Source of the DNA: Eubacteriales bacterium
GTDB taxonomy: Bacteria > Bacillota > Clostridia > Lachnospirales > Lachnospiraceae
Assembly (NCBI GenBank): GCA_030531555.1
Contig: JAUNNI010000003.1
Span: forward strand, 20,130-84,129
DNA: 64,000 nucleotides
Reading direction: 5' to 3'
Shown: positions 43,244-54,010 of the stretch, in pieces
How the letters are laid out: the number at the start of each line of letters is the position of its first letter
Position numbering within the stretch: position 1 is the first letter of the stretch
Position numbers and translations under genes: made by a program
Notes under the pieces: model-generated
The model's database searches: none
The model's input: the letters and a program-made list of their open reading frames with translations, nothing else
What the model was told of the DNA's origin: nothing

Positions 43244-45112
43244 ATGGCATTTATTATTATATTATTAAAAACTTTTATCTTTTATTGGCAGACGGATCGA
43301 CTAGATATGATGTCTGTTTGGGAAGTGCCGCTCCTGACTATCTTATTTTTTGTATGTCTTTGGTTTTTCTGTAAAGGAAGAGGACGAGTCGGGGCAGTAC
43401 TGTTTTACGTTATATATACCTTTTTTACCATCCTGATGCTGATGGATGCCGCTTATAGTAGTTATTTTGGCAAATATATCTCTGTGAATCAGTTGTATCA
43501 GCTAGGTAGCCTAAGTCAGATTGCCGGAGATGGAAATGTGATTGGTGCAGCGGTGAATCCGCTATGTGTTTTAACCTTGCTTGATTTGCCAATCATGTTC
43601 TTTTTCTTTCATCGACATAGGAATCATGATGGAAAAAAAGAGAAGGATTCCAACAAGAATGAGAAAAAAATCAGAGTATGGAAGATTGGAAAAAGAATCA
43701 TCCATCTTGCTGTTTATGTCATATCGGTGATTTCTTTTATTTATTATGGATTTAATTTCACCGAAGAACGTTATGTACAAAAAGTGAACCATATCGAATT
43801 TTTTACCTATCATACTAACGATCTTCTGGTTAATGTTGGGGGGAGAATTCGACGAAGAAATGTAGATGAGACGGATATTCAGAACAGAATGAAAGAAGTA
43901 GTCCCACAGTCAGAAGGCGAGAATTACCAGGGAATCGCCAAAGGAAAGAATCTGATCCTAATTCAGATTGAATCTTTTAACGATTTTGTCATTGGTGCGG
44001 AATATAATGGGCAGACCTTAACTCCAAATATCAACGCTTTGTTGAAAAAAGACACTTTCTATTTTGATCGATTCTATTCTACTACCGGTGTTGGCAATAC
44101 CTGTGATGCAGAATTTGCAACCTTAAATAGTCTATATCCCAATGAAATTCGAGAATGTTACCGTATGTACGTGGATAATACCTACCAAGGTCTTCCATGG
44201 ATGCTTCGTGAGCAGGGCTATTCTACCATGGCATTCCATGGCTATGTGAAAACTTTCTGGAATCGAGATGAAGCTTACAAAAATCAGGGAATTCAACGAT
44301 ACTATTCCCAGGATGATTTTGATATGACAGAAATATCTGGTTTTGGTCTGACGGATAAGAAAATGTTCCGGCAGGCAGTGGACATCTTGAAGACAAAGCA
44401 AGAGCCATTTTTCAGCTATATGATTACTTTAACCAATCATATCCCATATGATATGCCGCAGGAACTGGCAAGTCTTACTTTGAAAGAGGAAGATAAGAAT
44501 ACCACATTTGGCAGATATCTTCAGACCATCCGTTATACAGATGAGGCAATTGGGGAATTGATTGAAGAACTGAAGGAAGCAGGACTTTACGACAATACGA
44601 TGATTGCATTCTACGGGGACCATCAGGGCCTTAATAAAGAGACTCCGGAAGTACAGAGATCCATGACCAGATATCTGGGAAAAGAGTATGGTTTTGATGA
44701 GATGCTGAAGATTCCTTTGGTGATCCATATCCCTGGAATGGGAGAAAGTAAGACCATCACAACGGTGGGGGGAGAAATTGATACCATGCCAACCCTGGCC
44801 AATCTTATGGGACTTGAGCTTCCTCAGCCTTATGTGTTAGGGCATGATCTTCTGAACACCAAAGAAGGTTTTCTGGCGCAGATTTCCTATATAGGAAAAG
44901 GATCTTTTATCGATGGAAGCAGTGAACAGATTTTTGAAATCGGAAAAGATGGCTCTGTGGAAAACGGGCAGGTTTATCACATTCCAGATGGAAGCTCCAT
45001 GAACCTTAATATGGAGTTATGTATGAAAAATAGTGTGCGTGCCTTAAAACTTTTGGAACTGAGCAGAGAGATTTTGGATAATAATCTGATTGCAAATTAT
45101 GTGACACATTAA
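43244..45112 (+). CDS. LTA synthase family (LtaS-like sulfatase)
   Basis: N-terminal TM helices, QIESF, GNTCDAEF (catalytic Thr), FHG...FWNR, TNHIPY, YGDH. Confidence 0.88.
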   Translation: MAFIIILLKTFIFYWQTDRLDMMSVWEVPLLTILFFVCLWFFCKGRGRVGAVLFYVIYTFFTILMLMDAAYSSYFGKYISVNQLYQLGSLSQIAGDGNVIGAAVNPLCVLTLLDLPIMFFFFHRHRNHDGKKEKDSNKNEKKIRVWKIGKRIIHLAVYVISVISFIYYGFNFTEERYVQKVNHIEFFTYHTNDLLVNVGGRIRRRNVDETDIQNRMKEVVPQSEGENYQGIAKGKNLILIQIESFNDFVIGAEYNGQTLTPNINALLKKDTFYFDRFYSTTGVGNTCDAEFATLNSLYPNEIRECYRMYVDNTYQGLPWMLREQGYSTMAFHGYVKTFWNRDEAYKNQGIQRYYSQDDFDMTEISGFGLTDKKMFRQAVDILKTKQEPFFSYMITLTNHIPYDMPQELASLTLKEEDKNTTFGRYLQTIRYTDEAIGELIEELKEAGLYDNTMIAFYGDHQGLNKETPEVQRSMTRYLGKEYGFDEMLKIPLVIHIPGMGESKTITTVGGEIDTMPTLANLMGLELPQPYVLGHDLLNTKEGFLAQISYIGKGSFIDGSSEQIFEIGKDGSVENGQVYHIPDGSSMNLNMELCMKNSVRALKLLELSREILDNNLIANYVTH

Positions 45113-45335
45113 AATAAAATAGAATATTGTTAAAAATTTAATTATTTTAGTTCAATAAAGTGAAATTCTCTTGACAATGATGGAAAAATTTGATATTTGT
45201 TTAAGAGCGAGAATGGGCTTATTTTCTTTAGAGAAATAAGCTTATCTTTCATTTTTATCGAAAAATATATTGTGATATGAGACAGCTTTATTTGCTTTCA
45301 AATGCATAAGAAAAATAGAACAGGAGACGAAGAAA

Positions 45336-46322
45336 ATGAATTTAAAAGGACGTAGTTTCTTAACTTTGCTTGATTTTAACAAAGAAGAAATCCGTGGTAT
45401 GCTTGATCTTGCCCATGAATTAAAAGCAAAGAAGAAACGTGGAGAGCTTGGAGAAGAATTAAAAGGAAAAAATATCGTATTGATTTTTGATAAATCATCT
45501 ACAAGAACACGTTGCTCTTTTGAAGTAGGTGCAGTGGATGAAGGTGCCCATGTAACATATCTTTCCAATTCTCATATGAATAAGAAAGAATCCTTAGAAG
45601 ATTCCGCTAAAGTATTCGGCAGAATGTTTGATGCCATCGAATACCGTGGATATTCTCAGAAGACAGTGGAGGACCTTGCGAAATATTCGGGTGTTCCAGT
45701 ATGGAATGGTCTTACTGACACAGACCATCCAACACAGGTACTTGCTGACTTCATTACCATTGAAGAACATATTGACAAACCATTGGAAGAAGTAAACTTT
45801 ACATTCGTTGGTGACCTTTCCGATAACGTTATGTATGCTTTAATGTATGGCTGTGCCATCATGGGTATGAACTTTAAAGCAGTAGGTCCTGTTGAAACAG
45901 TTTGTGATGAACAGGTATTGAAAGTATCTCAGGAACTTGCAGCTAAGAGTGGAGCTACTATCACCATTTCCCATGACCCAGAAGATGTAAAAGGATCCGA
46001 TGTAATTTACACAGATATCTGGGTAAGTATGGGCGAACCAGAAGAACTTTACCCAATCCGTGTGGCTGCTTTATCTCCATATAAAGTAACACAGAAAATG
46101 ATGAAAGATACAGAAAATGACAAGTGTTTATTCATGCATTGTCTCCCTGCATACCATGATTTTGAAACTCATATTGCAGTGGATATGCGTGATCGTCTTG
46201 GCTTAGATATTCGTGAAGTGGAAGATGAAGTATTCCGTTCTGAAAATTCTGTAGTATTTGATGAAGCAGAAAATCGTATGCATTCCATCAAAGCAGTTAT
46301 GGTTGCTACTTTAGGCAGATAA
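45336..46322 (+). CDS. argF: ornithine carbamoyltransferase
   Basis: STRTR, NGLTDTDHPTQ, YTDIWVSMG, HCLP, AENRMH. Confidence 0.92.
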   Translation: MNLKGRSFLTLLDFNKEEIRGMLDLAHELKAKKKRGELGEELKGKNIVLIFDKSSTRTRCSFEVGAVDEGAHVTYLSNSHMNKKESLEDSAKVFGRMFDAIEYRGYSQKTVEDLAKYSGVPVWNGLTDTDHPTQVLADFITIEEHIDKPLEEVNFTFVGDLSDNVMYALMYGCAIMGMNFKAVGPVETVCDEQVLKVSQELAAKSGATITISHDPEDVKGSDVIYTDIWVSMGEPEELYPIRVAALSPYKVTQKMMKDTENDKCLFMHCLPAYHDFETHIAVDMRDRLGLDIREVEDEVFRSENSVVFDEAENRMHSIKAVMVATLGR

Positions 46323-46326
46323 TAAA

Positions 46327-47307
46327 ATGAAACAGAAGATACTTACCCTTTTGAAACAACAGCAGGGTTATGTTTCCGGGCAGGAGATTTCCAACACGTT
46401 TGGTGTAACAAGAACTGCCATCTGGAAATACATCAATGCGCTACGAGAAGAGGGATATGAGATAGAATCTATGACAAGAAAGGGATACCGTTTGGTGAAC
46501 AGTCCCGATTTTCTGTCAGAAGAAGAAATCAGAAATTGTCTTACAGAAAATGTGCTTCCAGGAGAATTAAAGATTTTTGACACCATTGATTCTACCAATG
46601 AGGAAGCCAAGCGAGCTTTCCAGAGAGGAGCGGGGGATCGAAGTCTCTATGTTTCCGAGGAACAGACTGCAGGGAAAGGCAGAAGAGGCAGAAACTGGAT
46701 TTCACCAAAAGGACAGGATGTATTCTTCAGCTTCCTTTTGCAGCCGGACCTTCCACCGGAATCAGCTTCCATGATTACTTTGGTAGCTGCTTTGGCTGGT
46801 GTGAAGGCAGTGGAGAAACATACTTCTGCAAGATGTCAGATTAAATGGCCCAATGATCTGGTTATAAATGGGCGCAAAGTATGTGGCATTCTCACGGAGA
46901 TGAGTGCCGACATGGACCAGATTCATTATGTCGTACCAGGGATTGGTTTTAATTTAAATCGAACAGAGTTCGACGAAACTATTGCTTCCATCGCATCATC
47001 TGTTTATGTAGAAACAGGCTGTAAAGTTGAACGGAATGCTTTCCTTGCCGATTATGTGATGGAATTTATGAAACGATATGATCTTTTTCTGAAAGAGCAG
47101 AATTTGTCTGCTTTTATGGAAGAATATAACCAGCATCTCATTAATGTGGGCCGTGAAGTTAAAATCATCCGAAGAAATGATGAGGTGATCCGCAAGGCCC
47201 TTGGCATCAATGAGAGGGGAGAGCTGCAGGTAGCAGATGAATCCGGAACCATTGAAAATGTTTTCTCTGGGGAAGTGTCTGTCCGTGGACTTTATGGTTA
47301 TGTATAA
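46327..47307 (+). CDS. birA: bifunctional biotin ligase/repressor
   Basis: HTH (SGQEIS...VTRTAIWK), DSTN, QTAGKGRRGRNW, IKWPND, KVCGILTE. Confidence 0.96.
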   Translation: MKQKILTLLKQQQGYVSGQEISNTFGVTRTAIWKYINALREEGYEIESMTRKGYRLVNSPDFLSEEEIRNCLTENVLPGELKIFDTIDSTNEEAKRAFQRGAGDRSLYVSEEQTAGKGRRGRNWISPKGQDVFFSFLLQPDLPPESASMITLVAALAGVKAVEKHTSARCQIKWPNDLVINGRKVCGILTEMSADMDQIHYVVPGIGFNLNRTEFDETIASIASSVYVETGCKVERNAFLADYVMEFMKRYDLFLKEQNLSAFMEEYNQHLINVGREVKIIRRNDEVIRKALGINERGELQVADESGTIENVFSGEVSVRGLYGYV

Positions 47308-47320
47308 AGGAGAATAATCG

Positions 47321-47662
47321 ATGTTTTCAGATAAAACAATTTTATGTGGTGCGAGCCACTATGAGCAGCTTTTTTATTTCAATCCGGATTTTGACGCACT
47401 TCCAAAAGAAGTAAAACAGGAATTAAATATCATCTGTGTTCTTTTCACAGAGGATGTTGGTGGAATTATCCGATTCGAATTTGATGAGGTTGGCAATCTT
47501 AACATGGTTGTGGAATCCAAAGAGGATGATATCTTATTTGATGAAATTGGAAGCGTTTTAAAAATAAAACAGATTCAGCAGGAGAAAAGAGAACTGTTAG
47601 AGAGCCTTGAAACATATTATCGCGTGTTCTTTTTACAAGGGGGAGCAGATGACGCGAATTAA
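47321..47662 (+). CDS. conserved hypothetical protein (DUF6145-like)
   Basis: LCGASHYEQLFYFNPDF...LPKEVKQEL...FDEIGSVL; strong SD. Confidence 0.65.
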   Translation: MFSDKTILCGASHYEQLFYFNPDFDALPKEVKQELNIICVLFTEDVGGIIRFEFDEVGNLNMVVESKEDDILFDEIGSVLKIKQIQQEKRELLESLETYYRVFFLQGGADDAN

Positions 47663-47682
47663 GACTCTCGGAGGAGGAAAAA

Positions 47683-48450
47683 ATGTTAATAGGAATTGAT
47701 ATTGGTAATACGGATTTTACAATCGGAATTTTTCAGGGAAGCAAGCTTCTTGATACATTTCGAATGAGATCAAAGAGCAAAAAGACATCTGATGAATACG
47801 GGATGTTTATGCTTGATGTGATCAAATACCGTGGATATAGCGTGGAGGATGTAGAGGATGTTATTATAGCGTCCGTTGTACCAAACGTTATGCATTCATT
47901 TACCAGTGCAATCATTAAATATCTGGATTTACGTCCAATCATTGTTGGTCCTGGTATTAAAACGGGAATCAAGATCATGACAAATAATCCAAAAGAAACC
48001 GGAGCAGACCGAATCGTAGATGCAGTGGCTGCATACGAGATTTACAAAAGACCAGTTATCGTCATCGACTTTGGTACAGCTACCACTTATGATGTGATCA
48101 ATGAAAAAGGAGAATTTATTGGTGGTGTGATTACACCAGGTCTTGGTACTGCAGTAAAAATGTTAGGTCAGCAGGCAGCGAAGCTTCCTGAAATCGAGAT
48201 TCGTAAACCAAACCATATCATTGGAAAAGATACGGTTTCTGCCATGCAGGCAGGATGTGTATACGGTTATATTGGCCAGACAGAATACATTATCCGTAAA
48301 CTGAAGGAAGAAAGTGGATATAAAGATGCATTCGTTGTAGCAACAGGTGGTCTTGGAAGAATGATTTCCGAAGAAACCAACACCATTGATGAATACGATC
48401 AGTATCTCACTTTAAAAGGTCTTCAGATTATCTATGAAAAACAGAAATAA
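47683..48450 (+). CDS. coaX: type III pantothenate kinase
   Basis: IDIGNT, ASVVP, GADR, IDFGTATTYD, GGVITPG, ATGG. Confidence 0.96.
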   Translation: MLIGIDIGNTDFTIGIFQGSKLLDTFRMRSKSKKTSDEYGMFMLDVIKYRGYSVEDVEDVIIASVVPNVMHSFTSAIIKYLDLRPIIVGPGIKTGIKIMTNNPKETGADRIVDAVAAYEIYKRPVIVIDFGTATTYDVINEKGEFIGGVITPGLGTAVKMLGQQAAKLPEIEIRKPNHIIGKDTVSAMQAGCVYGYIGQTEYIIRKLKEESGYKDAFVVATGGLGRMISEETNTIDEYDQYLTLKGLQIIYEKQK

Positions 48451-48489
48451 TCCACTTTAAGAATCATTTTATATGATGAAGAGAGTAGT

Positions 48490-49461
48490 ATGAGTAAGAC
48501 AAAAGACATATATGGAACCGACTTTCCGATATTTCTGGCCCCCATGGCTGGAATCACAGATTTGCCATATCGCATGCTTTGTAAAGAGCAGGGGTGTGAT
48601 GTCATGGTTACAGAAATGGTCAGTGCCAAAGCTTTGTTTTATGGGAACAAAAATACCATTCCGCTCATGGAGACCAACGAGATGGAAAGTCCAATTGGTA
48701 TCCAGTTATTTGGGTCAGATCCAGAGCTGATGGGTGAGATGGCTCATAAGATTGAAGATCAGGGATTCGCTTTTATTGATATTAATATGGGCTGTCCGGT
48801 TCCAAAGATTGTAAACAATAAAGAAGGTTCTGCCTTAATGCTGAATCCTGAGCTTGCCGGAAAGATTGTTGCAGCGATCAAAAGACATGTTTCCCTGCCG
48901 GTTACCGTCAAGTTTCGAAAAGGGTTCAATGATGAACTTGGGGATCCGGTGGAATTTGCCAAAGTATTGGAGGCAAATGGAGCAGATGCCCTGGCAGTTC
49001 ATGGGCGAACCAGAGAACAATTTTATAGTGGAAAGGCCGATTGGGATGCCATTCGCAGAGTAAAAGAAAGTGTCTCTATTCCGGTGATTGGAAATGGGGA
49101 TATTTTTCATGGTATGGATGCCATTCGCATGAGAGAAGAAACCGGATGTGACGGAGTCATGGTTGGACGAGGTGCCAAAGGAAATCCATGGATTTTCCGA
49201 GAAATTAAGGCTGTGCTATCTGGGGAAGAGCTTCCTGGAAGACCATCCACATCAGAGGTGGTGGAAATGCTCCTTCGTCATGCCAGATTAAGTATCCAAT
49301 CCAAAGGAGAATTCACTGGAATCCGTGAGATGAGAAAACATACTGCCTGGTATACTGCCGGTATGCATGGTTCTTCCAAACTTCGAGATGCAGTCAATCA
49401 GGTTACTAACTATGAAGAATTGGAAAAATTATTGATTCCCTTGACAAGAAGGGAAGCTTAA
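48490..49461 (+). CDS. dusB: tRNA dihydrouridine synthase B
   Basis: LAPMAGITD, QLFGSDP, INMGCP, VHGRTR, GNGDI, MVGRG. Confidence 0.93.
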   Translation: MSKTKDIYGTDFPIFLAPMAGITDLPYRMLCKEQGCDVMVTEMVSAKALFYGNKNTIPLMETNEMESPIGIQLFGSDPELMGEMAHKIEDQGFAFIDINMGCPVPKIVNNKEGSALMLNPELAGKIVAAIKRHVSLPVTVKFRKGFNDELGDPVEFAKVLEANGADALAVHGRTREQFYSGKADWDAIRRVKESVSIPVIGNGDIFHGMDAIRMREETGCDGVMVGRGAKGNPWIFREIKAVLSGEELPGRPSTSEVVEMLLRHARLSIQSKGEFTGIREMRKHTAWYTAGMHGSSKLRDAVNQVTNYEELEKLLIPLTRREA

Positions 49462-49546
49462 CTTATAATATTATCCCATGTGATGAATGATTATTTCATT
49501 CAAGAGTTGTGTAAATAGCAATGGGAAAAGAAAGGTGTGGACGAAA

Positions 49547-50032
49547 ATGGACGCAAAAAAACATATTCTGACCAGCAAAGGTATGCAGGCATTACAGGAT
49601 GAACTTCAGGAACTGAAGGTTGTCACTAGAAAAGAAATCGCACAGAAGATCAAAGAAGCCAGAGAACAGGGTGACTTATCTGAAAATGCGGAATATGATG
49701 CAGCGAAAGATGAGCAGCGTGCCATCGAAGCTCGTATCGAAGAGTTAGAAAAAATCATTAAAAATGCGGAAGTTATCAGCGAAGATAACATGGATAGCGA
49801 CGTTGTTAACATCGGAAGCACCGTAACATTCTATGATGCAGAGTTCGATGAAGAATTAACTTATCGCATTGTTGGTTCTACAGAATCTAACATTTTAAAT
49901 GGATTAATCTCTAATGAATGTCCACTTGGAGCAGCATTAATTGGCTCCAGAATTGGTGAAACTGTGAATGTAGAAGGTCCTGAGGGAGTATCCCAGTACA
50001 AGATCTTAAATATCACAAGACCAGAAATGTAA
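49547..50032 (+). CDS. greA: transcription elongation factor GreA
   Basis: AREQGDLSENAEYDAAK, ISNECPLG. Confidence 0.96.
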   Translation: MDAKKHILTSKGMQALQDELQELKVVTRKEIAQKIKEAREQGDLSENAEYDAAKDEQRAIEARIEELEKIIKNAEVISEDNMDSDVVNIGSTVTFYDAEFDEELTYRIVGSTESNILNGLISNECPLGAALIGSRIGETVNVEGPEGVSQYKILNITRPEM

Positions 50033-50072
50033 TATGGTCTTTTCATCTGACACATTTTAGAACGATTATATG

Positions 50073-50101
50073 CCGGCAGAGTTTTCTCTGCCGGTTTTTT
50101 T
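50073..50101 (+). terminator. intrinsic terminator after greA
   Basis: CCGGCAGAG-TTTT-CTCTGCCGG followed by a T run. Confidence 0.85.
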
Positions 50102-50289
50102 GATGAAAATTTTTGATAGAAAAGATTATTTGCTTGATTTTGGATTATATTTCAAAATTCTTTCGTGAAAATGACAGCAATTTATAACAGATATGAAATA
50201 TCTTTGTAATTGATACCCTCTTGTATTTGACAGAAAAAACATGTTATACTAATAACAATCCATGTCTGAAATTAAAAGAGGTATTTTTT

Positions 50290-50736
50290 ATGATAGATAC
50301 AAAAAAAGTAAGGCTTATGACCAAGATTTCCATGTATGAGAGTGGACAAGGGAAAGAAGATTTACGTATGTACAAGTGGAAGCAGGGAACTTATGTGAGT
50401 ATGAAGGTTTTAGAAAGTCTGATTTATATCACCATTTCATTTGCTTTGATTGCATGCATCTATGCCGTTCGATATCTTTCTGCCATCATGAAAGATGGTA
50501 TGTCCGTCATTAAGATGATTGGTCTTCGCATTGCCATCGTATATGGAATCCTTATGGCACTTAGCTGGCTGATTCTTCATTTTTATTATAAAAAGAGGTA
50601 TCGAATGGCCAGAAAAAGAGTGGTCCGTTACGATAAAGATCTTTATAATCTGGAAGTTTATCTGAAAGAGGAAAAAGAAACAAAGAATGACTATAATGAA
50701 TCCTTAAAGAAAAAAGAAGAGGTTGAAACCTTATGA
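50290..50736 (+). CDS. hypothetical 2-TM membrane protein
   Basis: MIDTKKVRLMTKISMYE..., two hydrophobic segments; stop overlaps the next start (ATGA). Confidence 0.7.
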   Translation: MIDTKKVRLMTKISMYESGQGKEDLRMYKWKQGTYVSMKVLESLIYITISFALIACIYAVRYLSAIMKDGMSVIKMIGLRIAIVYGILMALSWLILHFYYKKRYRMARKRVVRYDKDLYNLEVYLKEEKETKNDYNESLKKKEEVETL

Positions 50737-51848
50737 AACAGAACACATTCGTGGTCAGTTTGATCAGTACAAAAGAAAAATTACATAAATTTTATCAGGA
50801 CAAACATAGGGTGATTACACCAATCCTGCGATTCCTGCTTTCTTTAGCAGTGTTATTTATTTTAAAAGAAATGTTCCCATTTGGCGCAATTGTCGACAAA
50901 ACATGGTGTCTTGTGGCAATTTCTGTCATACAGGCATTTCTGCCATTATCTTTTTTATATTATATTGGATCAATTTTTATTATATATAATTTGTGGCAGG
51001 TTAGTTTTGATCTGAGTATTGGATTTTTGGTATTTGTGATTGTTTGTGTAATCTGTTATTTTCGAATTGACAGTCGATACACCTATTTGGCTTTGGTAGT
51101 TCCTGCTTTATTTTATTTGAAAGTGGGAATCGTTATTCCGGCAGTTCTTGCAGTGGCGATTGGTTTCCATGCTCTTGTTCCTACTCTGGCCGGTGTGGTC
51201 CTTTATTATTTCTATGTGACTTTACTGGAAGTTGTTCCAATCCTCAAAGGCGCTGAAGTTTCCGGAATGGGGGCCGGTGTCATGTACGCGGCCAACAGCA
51301 TCATTAAAAACCAAACCTTTTTTATTGTTGTTGTGGCAAGTGCATTGACCATTATTCTTACCAGTTTGTTAAATCGTATGTTCAACGAGAGAGCCTGGTT
51401 GATTTCTGGTGCCCTTGGAAGTGCAATCATGGCATTTACTGTGATGGCAGGTTCTTTGTATTATAAAGTAAATATTCCAATCTGGAATGTTTTGATTGAG
51501 ATGGCAGTAAGTTTTGTTCTCTGTCTGATCTTTAATCTTTTCCGAGGAATTGGGGATGTTTCCCGCATCGAAAAAACAGTTTTTGAAGATGATGAGTATA
51601 TCTATTATGTGAAAGCTGTTCCTAAGGTGAAGGTTTCTCAAAGTGATCGTAATGTAAAGATTATCAACGAAAAGATTCCGACAGAAATCATGGATGAAGC
51701 AGAAGAAACATTTGAGATGGACGATGAAATTCTGGAAATGGACACTTGGGATTCTTCTTTAGAAAATGATGAATTTGATGAAATAGAAGAAGATTCATCG
51801 AATGATATGTTTGAGAACCCAGAAGAAAATATCGAAGAAAACAAATAA
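50733..51848 (+). CDS. hypothetical multi-TM membrane protein with an acidic C-terminal tail
   Basis: About 9 hydrophobic segments, then FEDDEYIYYVKAVPK and a D/E-rich tail. Confidence 0.75.
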   Translation: MKQNTFVVSLISTKEKLHKFYQDKHRVITPILRFLLSLAVLFILKEMFPFGAIVDKTWCLVAISVIQAFLPLSFLYYIGSIFIIYNLWQVSFDLSIGFLVFVIVCVICYFRIDSRYTYLALVVPALFYLKVGIVIPAVLAVAIGFHALVPTLAGVVLYYFYVTLLEVVPILKGAEVSGMGAGVMYAANSIIKNQTFFIVVVASALTIILTSLLNRMFNERAWLISGALGSAIMAFTVMAGSLYYKVNIPIWNVLIEMAVSFVLCLIFNLFRGIGDVSRIEKTVFEDDEYIYYVKAVPKVKVSQSDRNVKIINEKIPTEIMDEAEETFEMDDEILEMDTWDSSLENDEFDEIEEDSSNDMFENPEENIEENK

Positions 51849-51869
51849 ATTACAGGAGAGAGAATAAAA

Positions 51870-52778
51870 ATGAGTATTGGAACATTACAAAAACTCATTG
51901 AAAAATATCTGTTTTGGTTGTCCCTTCCATCCATTGGATTAACGGACATCTTAGAGATCATAATTATTAGTGTCATCGTATATCAGGTGTTACGATGGGT
52001 AAAATTTACACGTGCATGGACTCTTTTTAAGGGTATTCTGGTACTGTTGGTTTTTGCTCTGATTGCCGCTGTATTCCAGCTTAACACCATCACCTGGCTG
52101 TTATCAAACTCCATTGGTGTCGGTGTTACCGCAGCAATCATCATTTTTCAGCCTGAACTTCGTAGAGCATTAGAACAGCTGGGAAGAGGAAGCTTTATCA
52201 GCAACATCATTTCTTTCTCCTCCTCAGATTCCAAAGAGGATAATTCGAAGATTACTGAAAAGACGATCAACGAGATTGTAAAAGCTTCCGTTGATATGGG
52301 AAAAGTAAAGACGGGTGCTTTGATTGTTATTGAGCGTTCCGTGGCACTTGGTGAATATGTGCGAACTGGTATCCGCATTGATGGAATTGTTACCAGCCAG
52401 CTTTTGATCAATATATTTGAACATAATACTCCACTTCATGATGGAGCGGTAATTATTCGTGGAAATCGACTGGTTTCAGCAACCTGTTATCTCCCACTTT
52501 CTGAAAATATGAATATAGGAAAAGAACTGGGAACGCGTCATCGTGCTGCAATCGGAATCAGCGAAGTTTCAGATAGCCTGGTTGTAATTGTGTCGGAAGA
52601 AACCGGTGCAATCAGCATAGCTCACGAAGGAAAACTTAGAAAAACTCTCACCAAAGAAACATTGTTAAAAGAATTAGAAATTCTAAAAGAGGATGATGTT
52701 TCCATTGGCGGAGATGTATTTAAAAAATGGAAAGGTCTGCTTTGGAATGATAAACGTACAAAAGATAAAGGACAATGA
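51870..52778 (+). CDS. cdaA: diadenylate cyclase CdaA
   Basis: Three TM helices, FQPELRRALE, TPLHDGAV (DGA), GTRHRAA (RHR), SEETG. Confidence 0.96.
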   Translation: MSIGTLQKLIEKYLFWLSLPSIGLTDILEIIIISVIVYQVLRWVKFTRAWTLFKGILVLLVFALIAAVFQLNTITWLLSNSIGVGVTAAIIIFQPELRRALEQLGRGSFISNIISFSSSDSKEDNSKITEKTINEIVKASVDMGKVKTGALIVIERSVALGEYVRTGIRIDGIVTSQLLINIFEHNTPLHDGAVIIRGNRLVSATCYLPLSENMNIGKELGTRHRAAIGISEVSDSLVVIVSEETGAISIAHEGKLRKTLTKETLLKELEILKEDDVSIGGDVFKKWKGLLWNDKRTKDKGQ

Positions 52779-53979
52779 TATATGGATGAAAGTGCTGTCT
52801 GTTATCGTTGCAATCGTAATCTGGATTATCGTAGCCAACATTAATGATCCGGTGATTTCGAAGCATTTTACAGATATTCCGGTGCGTGTTGTCAACGAAA
52901 AAGCTCTGACAGATAACGGATATGCTTATGAAGTGTTGGAAGGGAACCTGGTTTCCTTTACCATCAAAGGGAAAAAAAGCATTGTATATAATATGACAAC
53001 TCTGGATTTTGATGTGGTAGCTGATTTTTCGAAGCTATCCCTTACGGATGCAGTGCCAATTGACGTCAGCTCAAAAAAATATGGTGACCAGCTGGAAATC
53101 AATCTTGGTAATGTCAATACAATGAAGATTAAGAAGGATGAGATGATCAGCGTCAGTCTTCCGGTAAATGTTTATGCCAGTGGAAATGTTGCTGAAGGTT
53201 TCTATATTGGAAAGACAACGGCCACTCCAAACTTAATAAAAGTAAATGGTCCGGAAAATCTTCTGAAAAATGCGAAAGAGATTCGTGCAGAAGTTGAGAC
53301 AGACGGAATTGATAAAGATGTTACCACGGTTGTTAAGCCAAAGCTTTATGATGGAAAAGGACAGCCGATTGAAAATACTCAGATTGATATCGATGAATCC
53401 AGCATCAATGTATTTATTGGGTTATGGAAGATGAAATCTGTTAAGGTTAATCTCTCTTTTGATGGGGAGCCAGAAGAAGGATATCTTCTTTCTTCCTTTG
53501 ATTATGAACCAAAGACAGTTCTTGTGGCTGCGGCTGACGATATTTACGATGAATTGGAATCTTTGGATCTGGTTTCCATCGATCTTAGCGGGGAAACCGA
53601 GAACTACGAAAAGGATATTCCAATTTCTTCAGGTAGTTTTCCAGATGGTGTGATTCTGGCAGAGTCTTTAAACAGTATAAAAGTAAACGCAAAAATTGAA
53701 AAAATCATCGATCGTAAGATGGTATTTTCTAACAAAGATATCAATATTAAGAATGCTTCTGGATACCATGTGGAATTTGATTCCTCAAACCGTTATTTTA
53801 TTGATATCAATGGTGCGAATTCTTTAGTAAAAGAAGCAACAGTGAAAGACTTTGAACCTTGGATTGATCTTTCGAATCTTGAGGAAGGGGAACACACTGT
53901 AAAAGTTCATGTAAAGAAGACAAAAGGAATCAGTGTGGAAGATATCTCCACGATAGTAGTTCGTTTGACAAGAGAGTGA
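52747..53979 (+). CDS. cdaR: CdaR/YbbR-domain regulator
   Basis: Single N-terminal TM helix (KVLSVIVAIVIWIIV) then YbbR repeats (VNGPEN, FDYEPKTV, WIDLSNL); overlaps cdaA. Start uncertain. Confidence 0.88.
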   Translation: MINVQKIKDNDIWMKVLSVIVAIVIWIIVANINDPVISKHFTDIPVRVVNEKALTDNGYAYEVLEGNLVSFTIKGKKSIVYNMTTLDFDVVADFSKLSLTDAVPIDVSSKKYGDQLEINLGNVNTMKIKKDEMISVSLPVNVYASGNVAEGFYIGKTTATPNLIKVNGPENLLKNAKEIRAEVETDGIDKDVTTVVKPKLYDGKGQPIENTQIDIDESSINVFIGLWKMKSVKVNLSFDGEPEEGYLLSSFDYEPKTVLVAAADDIYDELESLDLVSIDLSGETENYEKDIPISSGSFPDGVILAESLNSIKVNAKIEKIIDRKMVFSNKDINIKNASGYHVEFDSSNRYFIDINGANSLVKEATVKDFEPWIDLSNLEEGEHTVKVHVKKTKGISVEDISTIVVRLTRE

Positions 53980-54010
53980 TACTGATTTTGAAAAATGTAA
54001 GGATAGAACA

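Noticed and set aside
45200-45320. ARG-box or palindrome upstream of argF (AAATGCATAAG; GCTTATTTTCTTTAGAGAAATAAGC)
   Set aside because: Only a half ARG box is visible, too weak to call.
45336-46322. Carbamoyltransferase as putrescine transcarbamylase or part of an ADI/AgDI operon
   Set aside because: No arcA, arcC or aguA nearby, and the SMG and HCLP motifs fit ordinary OTCase.
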